Source: a virus. Taken from it: a stretch of 64,000 bases of DNA. Positions 38,905 to 47,708 of the stretch are shown here, piece by piece. The stretch lies in the IMG/VR virus record IMGVR_UViG_3300022074_000005. The stretch is one strand, 5' to 3'. Numbering within the stretch: position 1 is the first letter of the stretch; every line of letters begins with the position of its first letter. The notes beneath the pieces were generated by a model. It was not told the DNA's origin. It ran no database searches and saw only the letters and a program-made list of their open reading frames with translations. A program made the position numbers and the translations under genes.

Positions 38905-39480
38905 TTAATTTGTATTATTATTTATACAAGTTATAAGTGTCATTCTACACTTTTCCTTGTCTATTGTCAAGAACTTTTTATAGCAATCCATAAGATTTTT
39001 TATGTCTGTCCATATTAAGTCTTCTTGCCAATTCTTTTGATATTGAACTAATTCATCCAATATAATCATTGTTTCTAATGAAACTCTTTTACCTAGATAC
39101 TCTCTTAATAATAAAGGGTGTGTATCTTTCCACTCAAATAACTCTTCAAATCTATCTGTATATGGTTCTATCTCATTCTTAAAAGTATATGTAAGTGATT
39201 CTGTTCTTTTTTTCCAATCTGCATAATATTGATCTTCAAACTTTCCTACCCATCCACCTTTGACTATTATATAATTTGATACAAAGTAATCTTCTATCTC
39301 TTTTTTAGTCTTTAGTTTTCTGGCTAGTCTTGCAAAGAAAAATCTATCTTTTCTTTTATAGAAACTATCTCTCTTTATTTTAGTCTTACCAGCAAACTTA
39401 TGGTAATCATATTTGTTTTTAGAGAAGTGAGCTTTGATTGCACAATATGTTAGATATACATCAGCTGCATCTATTGCCAC
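38905..39480 (-). CDS. gp59: Helicase loader gp59
   Basis: Y..Y.AIK.HF....YDYHKF.GK, F.KRKD..FF and HP.LL..YL...VSLET motifs; synteny 33-59-32. Confidence 0.92.
   Translation of the reverse strand: MAIDAADVYLTYCAIKAHFSKNKYDYHKFAGKTKIKRDSFYKRKDRFFFARLARKLKTKKEIEDYFVSNYIIVKGGWVGKFEDQYYADWKKRTESLTYTFKNEIEPYTDRFEELFEWKDTHPLLLREYLGKRVSLETMIILDELVQYQKNWQEDLIWTDIKNLMDCYKKFLTIDKEKCRMTLITCINNNTN
38919..38970 (-). promoter_or_regulatory. Dual promoters for gp32: late TATAAATA (38919-38926) and sigma70 TTGACA-17-TAGAAT (38942-38970)
   Basis: Both motifs lie in the 3' end of gp59. Confidence 0.65.
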
Positions 39481-40610
39481 GAATGCTTGCCCATTGTAGG
39501 TTCTGCAAAATCCATACAGTATTGTATATGTTTTAAGTCTTCTTTAGTTTTTAGAAAATATATCTCTTGAGCAAAATGTAATTCTACATTATTTTCTAAT
39601 GCTAAATTTAGTAACTCATTACGTCTTTCTGCATTATCTGTTAAACTGTACATACTACAAAGCACAATACCATCTGGCTTTACTTCTTTTATGTAATGTT
39701 CTAAATTAGGTTGCCAATCAAGATACTCGTTTTCAAACTCATAACTAGAATACTTTATGTTAAATTTTTTACAATAGTCATCTATTGTTGCTCTTTGCAT
39801 ATACTTAGGAAGACCTTTACTAAATCTACTATTCCATGCCTCGTAAGTAATGAAGTGTTTACCTGTATAATCATGATTTTCATCTGATCTATGATCACCA
39901 GGCACTCTAAAGTAACCACCAGGATATCTTCTATCGTGTTCCTCACCTTCGAGTAAGATACGCATGTCTATCGCAACTCTAGTATATCCCTCTTCGTTGT
40001 TTATGTTACCGTGCATATGTTCTTGCCAAAACAAATGACTTTGCCCAGGTTTGAGTTCGACAGGGTATGCCGCATCAAGACATACTTTTTCAAATTTATC
40101 TAAATCCCATTTTTCCTCTATGACTTTTTTTGTAATCTCACAACTCTTTTTCCAATCTATAAACCAAACTGAAGCTGTATTTGTTGCCAAAGTTAATGGA
40201 GTCCAAAAGGTTCTAATTCCTCTACCGTTTCCTACAAATACACCTTGATGAAAATTTAATCTTCTACCTGATTTAGCTTGATTAGGAATTACTACTCTAA
40301 GGGTTCCTTGCCTTTGAATCATATATCTTTTATTATCTATTCTAGGTGGTGCATACTCTGCTAAGAAAGCTTCAAACAATTCCATGAAGTCCTTACGTAA
40401 ACAAGCGTTTTGAACATACATTTGTAAATCGACTACCTCTGTAGGTGTCAATACTTCATGAATTTTTTCTAATTCTTTTACTTGTGGAAATTTTTCTTGT
40501 ATTGTTCTTAGTGCCCAACCTGGCAAATCGTATTTTTTTAAATCATAATTTAATGTCGCATTATCCCAATGTTTACCAACATTGTCTAACATCCACTCTC
40601 TACTTTCCAT
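39471..40610 (-). CDS. Fe(II)/2OG oxygenase-like domain (HxG motif) fused to a C-terminal alpha/beta domain
   Basis: LRVVIP, FHQG, FWTPLT, HGNINN...TRVAIDMR DSBH signature; C-terminal Q....DYC...DGIVLCSMYSL...ELHFA.E. Confidence 0.65.
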   Translation of the reverse strand: MESREWMLDNVGKHWDNATLNYDLKKYDLPGWALRTIQEKFPQVKELEKIHEVLTPTEVVDLQMYVQNACLRKDFMELFEAFLAEYAPPRIDNKRYMIQRQGTLRVVIPNQAKSGRRLNFHQGVFVGNGRGIRTFWTPLTLATNTASVWFIDWKKSCEITKKVIEEKWDLDKFEKVCLDAAYPVELKPGQSHLFWQEHMHGNINNEEGYTRVAIDMRILLEGEEHDRRYPGGYFRVPGDHRSDENHDYTGKHFITYEAWNSRFSKGLPKYMQRATIDDYCKKFNIKYSSYEFENEYLDWQPNLEHYIKEVKPDGIVLCSMYSLTDNAERRNELLNLALENNVELHFAQEIYFLKTKEDLKHIQYCMDFAEPTMGKHSWQ

Positions 40611-40620
40611 AATATCTCCT

Positions 40621-40854
40621 TTATATTGGTAGTTTACCTACCCCATTATCTTTTGTCTTGATAAGTTTTAGTATGGATGCGTCAGCCTCAATCTTTTGTT
40701 TAAGTGCTTTTGTAATTAACTTTCTTACAGTTTCCACATCCATATTATTTATATCGCAATAGTACATAACAGAATCTAAATGATTTAGATTCTTTTCAAT
40801 ACATATCTTCTCTATTTCTAAAGAAAACTTTTTAGGCGTCAGCTTCGTAAGCAT
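40621..40854 (-). CDS. gp33: Late transcription coactivator gp33 (start reassigned to [10 protein letters not shown])
   Basis: TPKKFS.EIE, YC....MDVETV.KLI.K.LK.KIEADA..L; GAGGA RBS; synteny. Confidence 0.88.
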   Translation of the reverse strand: MLTKLTPKKFSLEIEKICIEKNLNHLDSVMYYCDINNMDVETVRKLITKALKQKIEADASILKLIKTKDNGVGKLPI

Positions 40855-41257
40855 CAAGTGTCCTCTGAAATTTGCCAGCATGAGACTTTTCTGCTTTTGC
40901 TAATGTTTCAAACCAATCTGCGATTTCATCAAAACCTTCGTCTCTAGCAGTTCTTGCCATGCCAGGATACATATCAGTATATTCGTGTGTCTCACCTTTT
41001 ATAGCTGATTGTAAGTTTTGTTTAGTTTCGCCCATAGGTTCACCAGTTGCTGGGTCACCTACTTCTTCTAGATATTCCATATGACCATGAGCATGACCTG
41101 TCTCTCCCTCTGCTGTGCTTCGGAATACTTGAGCCACATCTGGTGCTCCCTCTATATCTGCTTTTTGTGCAAAATAAAGATAACGTCTGTTTGCTTGACT
41201 TTCGCCTGAAAAGGCTTCTTTTAGATTTTCTGCTGTTTTACTGTCTTTTAGATTCAT
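40832..41257 (-). CDS. Rubrerythrin (short form, no rubredoxin domain)
   Basis: [35 protein letters not shown] and AEKSHA di-iron motifs. Confidence 0.92.
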   Translation of the reverse strand: MNLKDSKTAENLKEAFSGESQANRRYLYFAQKADIEGAPDVAQVFRSTAEGETGHAHGHMEYLEEVGDPATGEPMGETKQNLQSAIKGETHEYTDMYPGMARTARDEGFDEIADWFETLAKAEKSHAGKFQRTLDAYEADA

Positions 41258-41281
41258 AATATTCTCACTATTAATTAATTA

Positions 41282-41515
41282 AGTGCCTGTTTCTGTTGCT
41301 AGGTACAGGCAAACCCCGAAGAATTAAGCCGCTAGGCTGTATTCTCCATATGCAAAATTATTGTTTGCATCTATGGTTGTGAATCCTCAGCTAAGATACT
41401 CGTCAGTAGTCGAAACCTATTTCACCCCCTAAGTCGAGGTTATCTAGGTTTGGTGGAGGTGTAGGGTATCGCACCCTAGTCCTAACTGCATTTCTACAAA
41501 GCGTCACCGAACTCA
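41282..41515 (-). ncRNA. ssrA: Two-piece (circularly permuted) tmRNA
   Basis: Acceptor piece with T-arm UAGGG-UGCGAUA-CCCUA ending CACCUCCACCA (3' end 41451); 21 nt spacer; coding piece starting GGGGGUG (41429), giving a G3.U70 Ala stem; tag ANNNFAYGEYSLAA* at 41368-41324; outer boundaries approximate. Confidence 0.93.
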
Positions 41516-41519
41516 ATTT

Positions 41520-41550
41520 TATTTATACCACATTTGGGTTATAATGTCAA
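41520..41550 (-). promoter_or_regulatory. Overlapping sigma70 and late promoters for tmRNA
   Basis: TTGACA-17 bp-TATAAA with TG extension; the -10 is part of TATAAATA (41520-41527). Confidence 0.7.
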
Positions 41551-41973
41551 GAGCTTTCTTACATTTACAGATGTATTTTCAGGTAACTCACCTTCTAATA
41601 TCTGAAAACCTTGTCCTATTGCTAATACACATGCCATATTCCAATTAGGATGAAACTCAAAAATTGTAAACGTTTGAGTTGTAATATTTACAGCAGTAAA
41701 CACCCATACATAAATTTTAGAACCATCATCTTTCATCAATTGTCCTTGCCCCATAAATGCTCTATACTCGCCTTTTCTTTCTAGAACATCAATAAAGGCA
41801 TCGCCTTGTTGACATAGATGTGGTTTAGTTATCATAAATGGTCTTGTGTCTTCCAGCATACCTTCTGGTGACATTTTCATTTCTGGTTGTGTTGATTTTG
41901 TATCTGGTGTATTTGCTACTGCATTAACGCCAAAAACAAAAACCAAACTAAGTATTATTAGTAATTGTTTCAT
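41539..41973 (-). CDS. Secreted hypothetical protein
   Basis: N-terminal signal peptide and a Cys pair. Confidence 0.55.
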   Translation of the reverse strand: MKQLLIILSLVFVFGVNAVANTPDTKSTQPEMKMSPEGMLEDTRPFMITKPHLCQQGDAFIDVLERKGEYRAFMGQGQLMKDDGSKIYVWVFTAVNITTQTFTIFEFHPNWNMACVLAIGQGFQILEGELPENTSVNVRKLLTL

Positions 41974-42634
41974 GGCTTATTTCCTTATTGAACTCAGTAG
42001 TGATTTCTTCTATCATCGGAACATAAGTCTTCTTGTCTTTGATAAATTCTTGCACTACGCCGTCCGCTGTTACGACCAAAATAACAATCTGGTCGATTGA
42101 TTGAGCAGTTCGCTCTTCAAACATTTCGGCGTAGGCAGATGCTTGGATATAATAGTTTTGATTGTATTCATCGCTACGTTCTCTTGATGCCGTCTTAAAA
42201 TCAATCACCGACAAGATGCCGTTGTATTCAGCAATGCAATCAACCCTACCTGCTAATTTATATTTATCTGAATACAAGCTACACTCTTGAGCTCTAATGT
42301 TGTCAATGTTGCATAGAACCTTTGTGCTTAACTGTTGGAACAAACAATATGGTAAAAAATCTTTTTTAGCTTTATCAATATCAAACGTATTATTAAGATA
42401 ATCTTCGCACATACCGTGAACCTTAGTACCTCTTGACGCAGCTGTTCTAGAAATATAATTAGCGACATCTTCACCCACCCGTTTACGCCATTCGAACAAA
42501 CCTTTTTTGTTTCTTACTGACAAAACAGTTGTAATTGAGGGATACTTATTTCCCTCTGGTGTTATGTAATATCTTTTTTTATTAATATTTTCTGTTGACA
42601 ATTCTGCCAACGTCACAGGTACATGATTAAACAA
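41948..42634 (-). CDS. PD-(D/E)XK exonuclease
   Basis: YPSITTVL, RGTKVH, AGRVDC...IDFKT and Q..AYA motifs. Confidence 0.88.
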   Translation of the reverse strand: MFNHVPVTLAELSTENINKKRYYITPEGNKYPSITTVLSVRNKKGLFEWRKRVGEDVANYISRTAASRGTKVHGMCEDYLNNTFDIDKAKKDFLPYCLFQQLSTKVLCNIDNIRAQECSLYSDKYKLAGRVDCIAEYNGILSVIDFKTASRERSDEYNQNYYIQASAYAEMFEERTAQSIDQIVILVVTADGVVQEFIKDKKTYVPMIEEITTEFNKEISHETITNNT

Positions 42635-43076
42635 TTCCTACCGTCCTCATTCTATCAACTAATCGTTGAGCTCTATTTGTTACTTGTCGATACCAACCTG
42701 AGTCTACCATTTCGTCTGCAGCCTTTTGCCAATCTTGACTATCAACACCAGCTTTCATTCCTTTAAATTTAGAAAGTCTTGGTCTTCCCATGTTAAACAT
42801 CATATTTGCTATTATTTGTTGTACTTCTTCTGGTAGATTGTCAAAATCTGGGTATAAAATCTTACATTCATCTATCATAACTTGACAATCTTTATCAAAT
42901 AATTCTTTTACTCTTTCCTCTGATATAGCTGTTCCTACTGGTTCGCCATGCTCTGGGTCTGACTCTAAAATTAAATGTCCAATACCACAAGTTGGGTATC
43001 CTAAATGATCTTTATATATTTCGTATTTTACACCTTCATCTATTTCTAATTGTTCTCTTAATTTATCAATATCCAT
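42627..43076 (-). CDS. T4-type lysozyme (GH24)
   Basis: DEG....IY.D.LGYPTCGIGHL, NMMFNMG and AADEM.DS.WY.Q...RA.RL motifs. Confidence 0.92.
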   Translation of the reverse strand: MDIDKLREQLEIDEGVKYEIYKDHLGYPTCGIGHLILESDPEHGEPVGTAISEERVKELFDKDCQVMIDECKILYPDFDNLPEEVQQIIANMMFNMGRPRLSKFKGMKAGVDSQDWQKAADEMVDSGWYRQVTNRAQRLVDRMRTVGIV

Positions 43077-43078
43077 GA

Positions 43079-43798
43079 TTACTCCATTCCAAATCCAAGT
43101 TTGGTTTTTTCGATTAAATATTCTCTTATAAAACCAGAACGTACAATATCAGCTATTGTAAATTCAGTTACATTAAAAGATTTCATATTTTCTAATATTC
43201 TCATAAAATCATGTAAACCATTTCTATCATTTGTCTTGAGTAAATCAGTTTGAAAAAAATCACCTGCAAAACATATCTTAGAGTTTTGACCAACTCTGGT
43301 AATTATTGTATCTAATTCATGGAAGTTTAAATTTTGACATTCATCAACAATTATAATTGAGTTATCAAAAGTTAATCCTCTTAGAAATGAAGTTGACATA
43401 AAGTACATTGAACCTTGATTAATCAATCTATCATATAACATATTGAAAGCTTGTTCGTTTGGTTGTTGAAACATAAACTGAACCATGTTTCTATATGGTA
43501 TTTGATATAATGCTGACTTATCCTCTTCGTCACCAGGTAAGAATCCAATCTCCCTTGTAGGAATAAGTGATCGCACCACAACTACTTTATCGTATTTTGA
43601 TTTTATATTAAGAACATCTTGAAATGCTTTATATAAAAGAATAAAAGTTTTACCTGTTCCAGCTGCCCCAAAGACAAACTGGTTCATGTCTTTATCCCAA
43701 GTATCAAAAACTGCCTGTTGGTTTTCACCAATAGGTTTTATCTTGAGCATATCTGTTATTTGTAAATCTTTATTTTTTGACATAACTTTCAGTACCAC
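43079..43798 (-). CDS. phoH: PhoH-family ATPase
   Basis: GAAGTGKT, GFLPG, SFLRGLTFD, IVDECQN, ITRVG, GD..Q.DL and DIVRSG motifs. Confidence 0.95.
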   Translation of the reverse strand: MVLKVMSKNKDLQITDMLKIKPIGENQQAVFDTWDKDMNQFVFGAAGTGKTFILLYKAFQDVLNIKSKYDKVVVVRSLIPTREIGFLPGDEEDKSALYQIPYRNMVQFMFQQPNEQAFNMLYDRLINQGSMYFMSTSFLRGLTFDNSIIIVDECQNLNFHELDTIITRVGQNSKICFAGDFFQTDLLKTNDRNGLHDFMRILENMKSFNVTEFTIADIVRSGFIREYLIEKTKLGFGME

Positions 43799-44000
43799 TC
43801 TTATCGAAGTATTTATTAATCATTTGCAATAAATCATCATAATCAGCGATTATTCTGACCTCTTTTTCTATTGTTTCAATAACGTCTGGGTGCTCTGCTA
43901 TTCCCATAGGTTTTTGTAACAATACTTCTACGTTTGCAATATGTTTATCGATATGACCTTGAGCATGTGACTTGAAAGCTTTGAGTATAGTATCTCTCAT
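43770..44000 (-). CDS. Conserved hypothetical phage protein
   Basis: KH.ANVEV.L..P.GI.EHPD motif. Confidence 0.6.
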   Translation of the reverse strand: MRDTILKAFKSHAQGHIDKHIANVEVLLQKPMGIAEHPDVIETIEKEVRIIADYDDLLQMINKYFDKSGTESYVKK

Positions 44001-44296
44001 TTTATAAGTCCTCGTTTCCTTAGTATGCTTTTTGCTTTTAGTTTACCATGTGATTCACCAGAACCAAATCTATCTGCAAGAGGTGAGTTAGGATGATTTT
44101 CAGCTACTTTTTGTAAAACTTCTTTCATCCCACCATCTTGTTTGATTCTATCTCCCACACTACCAACAATGTTTATAGGTGTTGGCATTTGTTTGTATCT
44201 AGGATTATCTTTTAAAAACTTTTCTAACTCATCCCAGCTACAAAATTCTTCGTATAAATCCTCTGTCTTTGTATCACGTATAATATATGTTGGCAT
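43997..44296 (-). CDS. FmdB-like small protein
   Basis: MPTY...D..T...E....E...FL..NP and KEVL.KV...HP.S motifs. Confidence 0.55.
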   Translation of the reverse strand: MPTYIIRDTKTEDLYEEFCSWDELEKFLKDNPRYKQMPTPINIVGSVGDRIKQDGGMKEVLQKVAENHPNSPLADRFGSGESHGKLKAKSILRKRGLIK

Positions 44297-44586
44297 TATT
44301 TAACTTCCATATCTTCGCTTAAGACTAAAGGTTTTTTTAATTTATCTCTTAATTCACTATTCTCTTTTCTAAGTTCTCTGACAGTAGATATTTTTTGTCT
44401 TAGTTCGCCATTTGTTTCTTGATGAAATCTATTCATGTTTTCTAATCTTTTTATCTCTTTAATTAAATCTTCCTTAGTCAAATTATCAAAATTTGTTATT
44501 CTAGGATGATCGTCAACTACGTAATTCTTTATATCCTTTGTCATACCAAATCGGAACCTCCCTATTCTTCCATGTTGCAAATTCAT
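44296..44586 (-). CDS. Coiled-coil hypothetical protein (start uncertain)
   Basis: ORF with a heptad pattern. Confidence 0.45.
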   Translation of the reverse strand: MNLQHGRIGRFRFGMTKDIKNYVVDDHPRITNFDNLTKEDLIKEIKRLENMNRFHQETNGELRQKISTVRELRKENSELRDKLKKPLVLSEDMEVK

Positions 44587-45067
44587 TTTTATAGTTTATA
44601 TAGTATTTTTTATATGCATCAATAACGTTTTCTGTTTTACAATCCTCTGGCATACATTGAGGTAATTCTGTTACTTGTCCATGTGGAATATTTTGAGGGC
44701 ATCTTTGTAACCATAAAGATGGTTTACTTGCACCGTGTATTTTTCCATATCTATATTTAAATTCTGCTAATGTTGCCATGTACAGAAAAAATAACTTATA
44801 GTAATTACCGCTTGTCTGTCTTACCCATATGCCATCGGGGTGTTTTACGTGTGATGCTTTATATAAAACATCTTCTCTATCGTCATCAAGTCGCCATCGT
44901 TTTGCTTTACGACCTGTCTTAGTTTCACCAATATATTCTGTACCATCAAGAACCCTATGAGCAGTACTCAATAACTGAGCATACTCAATAGGCATCTTGA
45001 CAATGTGTTTATCACAATGCATTTCTGCACATACACCAGGATTCTCATGTAGTTCAAAAATGTTCAT
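44513..45067 (-). CDS. Pyrimidine-dimer DNA glycosylase family protein
   Basis: MNIF.L...P..CA..HCDKH.VKM..EYAQLLSTAHR, HP...W and PQCMP motifs. Confidence 0.7.
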   Translation of the reverse strand: MNIFELHENPGVCAEMHCDKHIVKMPIEYAQLLSTAHRVLDGTEYIGETKTGRKAKRWRLDDDREDVLYKASHVKHPDGIWVRQTSGNYYKLFFLYMATLAEFKYRYGKIHGASKPSLWLQRCPQNIPHGQVTELPQCMPEDCKTENVIDAYKKYYINYKNEFATWKNREVPIWYDKGYKELRS

Positions 45068-45073
45068 ATGATA

Positions 45074-45751
45074 TTACTCTACACTAGATTCAGGTTGTTT
45101 GTCAACCTCTATAATCTCTGTAATATTCTTTTCAATATTAGCTAGAGATTGTGCTTCCTCTGTTTCGAGTTTTTTATTAACTTCTTTTTCAAGTTCTATC
45201 CAAGCCTTTTTAGACTTTAGTTTAGAATAGACCATTTGATCTTTCTTGATTCTGTTAATAATTATTTTTTGTGCCTCGATATCAGAATACTTTAACAAGA
45301 CGTATGCTGTGTATTGAGCACCGCTAGAATGTATTTCGATTTTCTCTGGGTAATATCCAGCGACATCTACAGAAGCAACAACATTTTTAGTTGCCTTCTC
45401 AAACTCTGTAAGAGTTGTAGCATTGATATCATCATCCGTACCTAATCTAGTTACAAATGTTTTTATCATCGCATCCATTTTACCATTGATTCTATCTGCT
45501 AAAACATACTTAGCATTCATTGTTGCTAAGTCAACAGATAATTGTAAATCTGGTGCAGTTGCAGCTCCAGCAGTAAAAATTATATCCTTTTTATTAGGAA
45601 GTTTTTTATACCATTTTGGAATTTCAACTATCGTTTGATTTACTTTTTTTTCTTTATGTTCGAGTATAGCTGTTGTCGGACTTTTCACCGCACAACCAGT
45701 TAAAACAAGACCACCAAGAATAAACATTGATATTAGTTTCAAGTGTTTCAT
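45074..45751 (-). CDS. Lipoprotein (LPP20-like)
   Basis: Lipobox LTGC; P.WY motif. Confidence 0.65.
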   Translation of the reverse strand: MKHLKLISMFILGGLVLTGCAVKSPTTAILEHKEKKVNQTIVEIPKWYKKLPNKKDIIFTAGAATAPDLQLSVDLATMNAKYVLADRINGKMDAMIKTFVTRLGTDDDINATTLTEFEKATKNVVASVDVAGYYPEKIEIHSSGAQYTAYVLLKYSDIEAQKIIINRIKKDQMVYSKLKSKKAWIELEKEVNKKLETEEAQSLANIEKNITEIIEVDKQPESSVE

Positions 45752-45885
45752 GATTTAAGACCCTCCAATGTGTCTATTGCTTTATCAGTTGCGCCAGATT
45801 CATTCAGAAAATTTAGTATGTCTGGCAACAATCCAAATTTTACTATACAGATACCGATTACGATACCTATTATAATTTTAATCAT
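45748..45885 (-). CDS. 45 aa membrane peptide (MIKIIIGIVIGICIVKFGLL...), not in the ORF track
   Basis: Translated by hand; ATGA overlap with the lipoprotein start. Confidence 0.5.
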   Translation of the reverse strand: MIKIIIGIVIGICIVKFGLLPDILNFLNESGATDKAIDTLEGLKS

Positions 45886-45886
45886 A

Positions 45887-46168
45887 TTAATTCATCCAAT
45901 CATTATAAAAATCGGTCATTGATACCATTGGCCAACTGTTTTCAAATGCAACAGCTGTTGATTCAATTTTAGTATCGTTTGACTCGTGTTTAGTTTCACA
46001 TACAAATGAAACTTCAGCACTTATTATTTCTTTTCCCTCATACTTTACTTTTTTAACAACATTACAATGTTCATAAGGGTCTGCAAGTGCAGTTAGACAA
46101 TAAAACAATACCACCAAGACAGTTATAAACAAAAATGTATTATTAGGTCTCGGTGGCATATAACTCAT
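45887..46168 (-). CDS. Hypothetical exported protein
   Basis: N-terminal hydrophobic segment. Confidence 0.5.
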   Translation of the reverse strand: MSYMPPRPNNTFLFITVLVVLFYCLTALADPYEHCNVVKKVKYEGKEIISAEVSFVCETKHESNDTKIESTAVAFENSWPMVSMTDFYNDWMN

Positions 46169-46171
46169 AAT

Positions 46172-46393
46172 CTAATCTTTTTTAGTTTTAAAAAGTTTAC
46201 TCTCTGACCAAACTTTCTTTTGGTACGCTTTTGTTTTCTCAACTTCATTACCAAACCATGTAACTAATTTACCTGGTACACTTGCGATTGTGTTAGCAAA
46301 CTCTGAAACAGATGATGTATTATCATTTGCTTTTGCTATTGTTGTAAATGAAAATAATGTCAAGAAGAACATAATTATCACTTTTCTCATCAT
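46172..46393 (-). CDS. Hypothetical exported protein
   Basis: Signal peptide ending AKA. Confidence 0.55.
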   Translation of the reverse strand: MMRKVIIMFFLTLFSFTTIAKANDNTSSVSEFANTIASVPGKLVTWFGNEVEKTKAYQKKVWSESKLFKTKKD

Positions 46394-46419
46394 ATACCTT
46401 TCTATTAAAACTAATAGTC

Positions 46420-46851
46420 TTAATTCGGTGTAGAGTTATAATAAGACTTAGAAAGAGTTCTTTGTTTTCTATATGCTTCTCTTTCCCACGGCAACTTACT
46501 ATAGCTAGTATTCTCTTTAATATATCTATTACGCCAACGATAGACACCTTTAATTGCATTGTCTGTCATTTCGTTTCTGGCGTATTGTTTTACATGCACC
46601 ATTTCATGGCACAATGTTTTAACCATTTCGTCAAAACTTAATTTTTTTTCTATCTCTATTTCAAAATCTCTATTGTTCTCTTGCATTAAACAAGTTCCAA
46701 CAGTATTTTCTTTTTTAGGAATTTTTTTAAAGACAACATTAATATCAAGAGTTCTCATTCTTGGCATCAACTTTTGAATACAATGTTTTATAACGTCTCT
46801 AGCAACAGAATGTTGAAGTCTATTGCCATTCTTTGCTGTGATTATATTCAT
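46420..46851 (-). CDS. Zinc metallopeptidase-like protein (HExxH); start reassigned to MNIITAK
   Basis: LCHEMVHVKQY and PWE.EAY; RBS and promoter lie inside the longer ORF call. Confidence 0.7.
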   Translation of the reverse strand: MNIITAKNGNRLQHSVARDVIKHCIQKLMPRMRTLDINVVFKKIPKKENTVGTCLMQENNRDFEIEIEKKLSFDEMVKTLCHEMVHVKQYARNEMTDNAIKGVYRWRNRYIKENTSYSKLPWEREAYRKQRTLSKSYYNSTPN

Positions 46852-46872
46852 CGTCTCATTCCTCTTTCTATT

Positions 46873-46901
46873 AATATACCTGGTTTTATCTTGATTGTCA
46901 A
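46873..46901 (-). promoter_or_regulatory. sigma70-type early promoter
   Basis: TTGACA-17 bp-TATATT; flanks resemble the 26793-26821 promoter (ATTGACAATCAAGA shared). Confidence 0.7.
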
Positions 46902-46997
46902 TAGTATTTATTTTTTCAACTTTTGATTTTATAAGTCTTTTTGAACCAGTCTCGTCATAATTATTGGAATATGGGGTGGTCGGTATTGTCGCAGTCA

Positions 46998-47708
46998 TTA
47001 TTTTGATCTATATTTTTTGTTTAACATGTCAATCATAGTTGCGACAAAGTTAGCGTCATTTGAAAACTCTTTAAAAATTTCTAAATTTTTTGGAAAGCAT
47101 TTTCCACCATAACCATATTGTCCGTCTGGCCCTGGCACTTGAAAGTGTATATCTGCAGCCATTCTAGGGTCTTGTACTAAAGTTTTTTGTAGTTCATGAT
47201 AACCATCACCTGCAATGTCTTTTAAAACATTTGCAAACGTAACTTTCATTGTGTAAAAAGAGTTGGTTGCTACTTTCATTAAAGCTGCAATCTTTGGTTT
47301 AGTATGATAAAAGTTATCAAAGATTGTAATATCTTTTAATAATTTAAGTTGTTTAATACTTCCACCAAACACATTACAAATAGGATTCCTTGAATCTTCT
47401 AACCAAGTTCTTTCTGTTAGAAACTCTGGCCACACACCTGCTGACATAAATTCATCGCCAAGTATATTGTAATCTATTGTTGATCGTATAATAATGTCGT
47501 GATGCTTTTCTTGTGGTACTGAATCCAAATACTCTTTTACATTATCAGTAGGTGTACATATAAAAATAATATCTGCGTCTTGCCATGTTCCAATTAAATT
47601 TTTGTCTGGGTCATGTATAACAAATTCAACGTCATTCATAAAACCTTTTTTCAAAGTTCTTTGTGTTGCTTGTCCAACAGTTCCAAATCCTACTATGGCT
47701 AGTTTCAT
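46998..47708 (-). CDS. UDP-glucose/GDP-mannose dehydrogenase family, short form
   Basis: GFGTVG Rossmann, IRST, PEFL and GYGGKCFPK motifs; no C-terminal UDP-binding domain. Confidence 0.8.
   Translation of the reverse strand: MKLAIVGFGTVGQATQRTLKKGFMNDVEFVIHDPDKNLIGTWQDADIIFICTPTDNVKEYLDSVPQEKHHDIIIRSTIDYNILGDEFMSAGVWPEFLTERTWLEDSRNPICNVFGGSIKQLKLLKDITIFDNFYHTKPKIAALMKVATNSFYTMKVTFANVLKDIAGDGYHELQKTLVQDPRMAADIHFQVPGPDGQYGYGGKCFPKNLEIFKEFSNDANFVATMIDMLNKKYRSK

Noticed and set aside
41451-41480. Stand-alone tRNA gene
   Set aside because: Only a T-arm and 3' acceptor strand; the partner strand lies downstream with a tag frame, so it is a permuted tmRNA
41948-42634. Cas4/CRISPR system
   Set aside because: Ordinary phage PD-(D/E)XK exonuclease without the four-Cys cluster; no repeat-spacer array or other cas genes seen in the window
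46852-46998. N-terminal 49 aa of the 192 aa ORF call
   Set aside because: The segment contains a promoter and the RBS for the internal ATG at 46851; starts at 48697, 55153, 55497 and 40881 were shortened because an internal ATG has a better RBS or stop-start coupling
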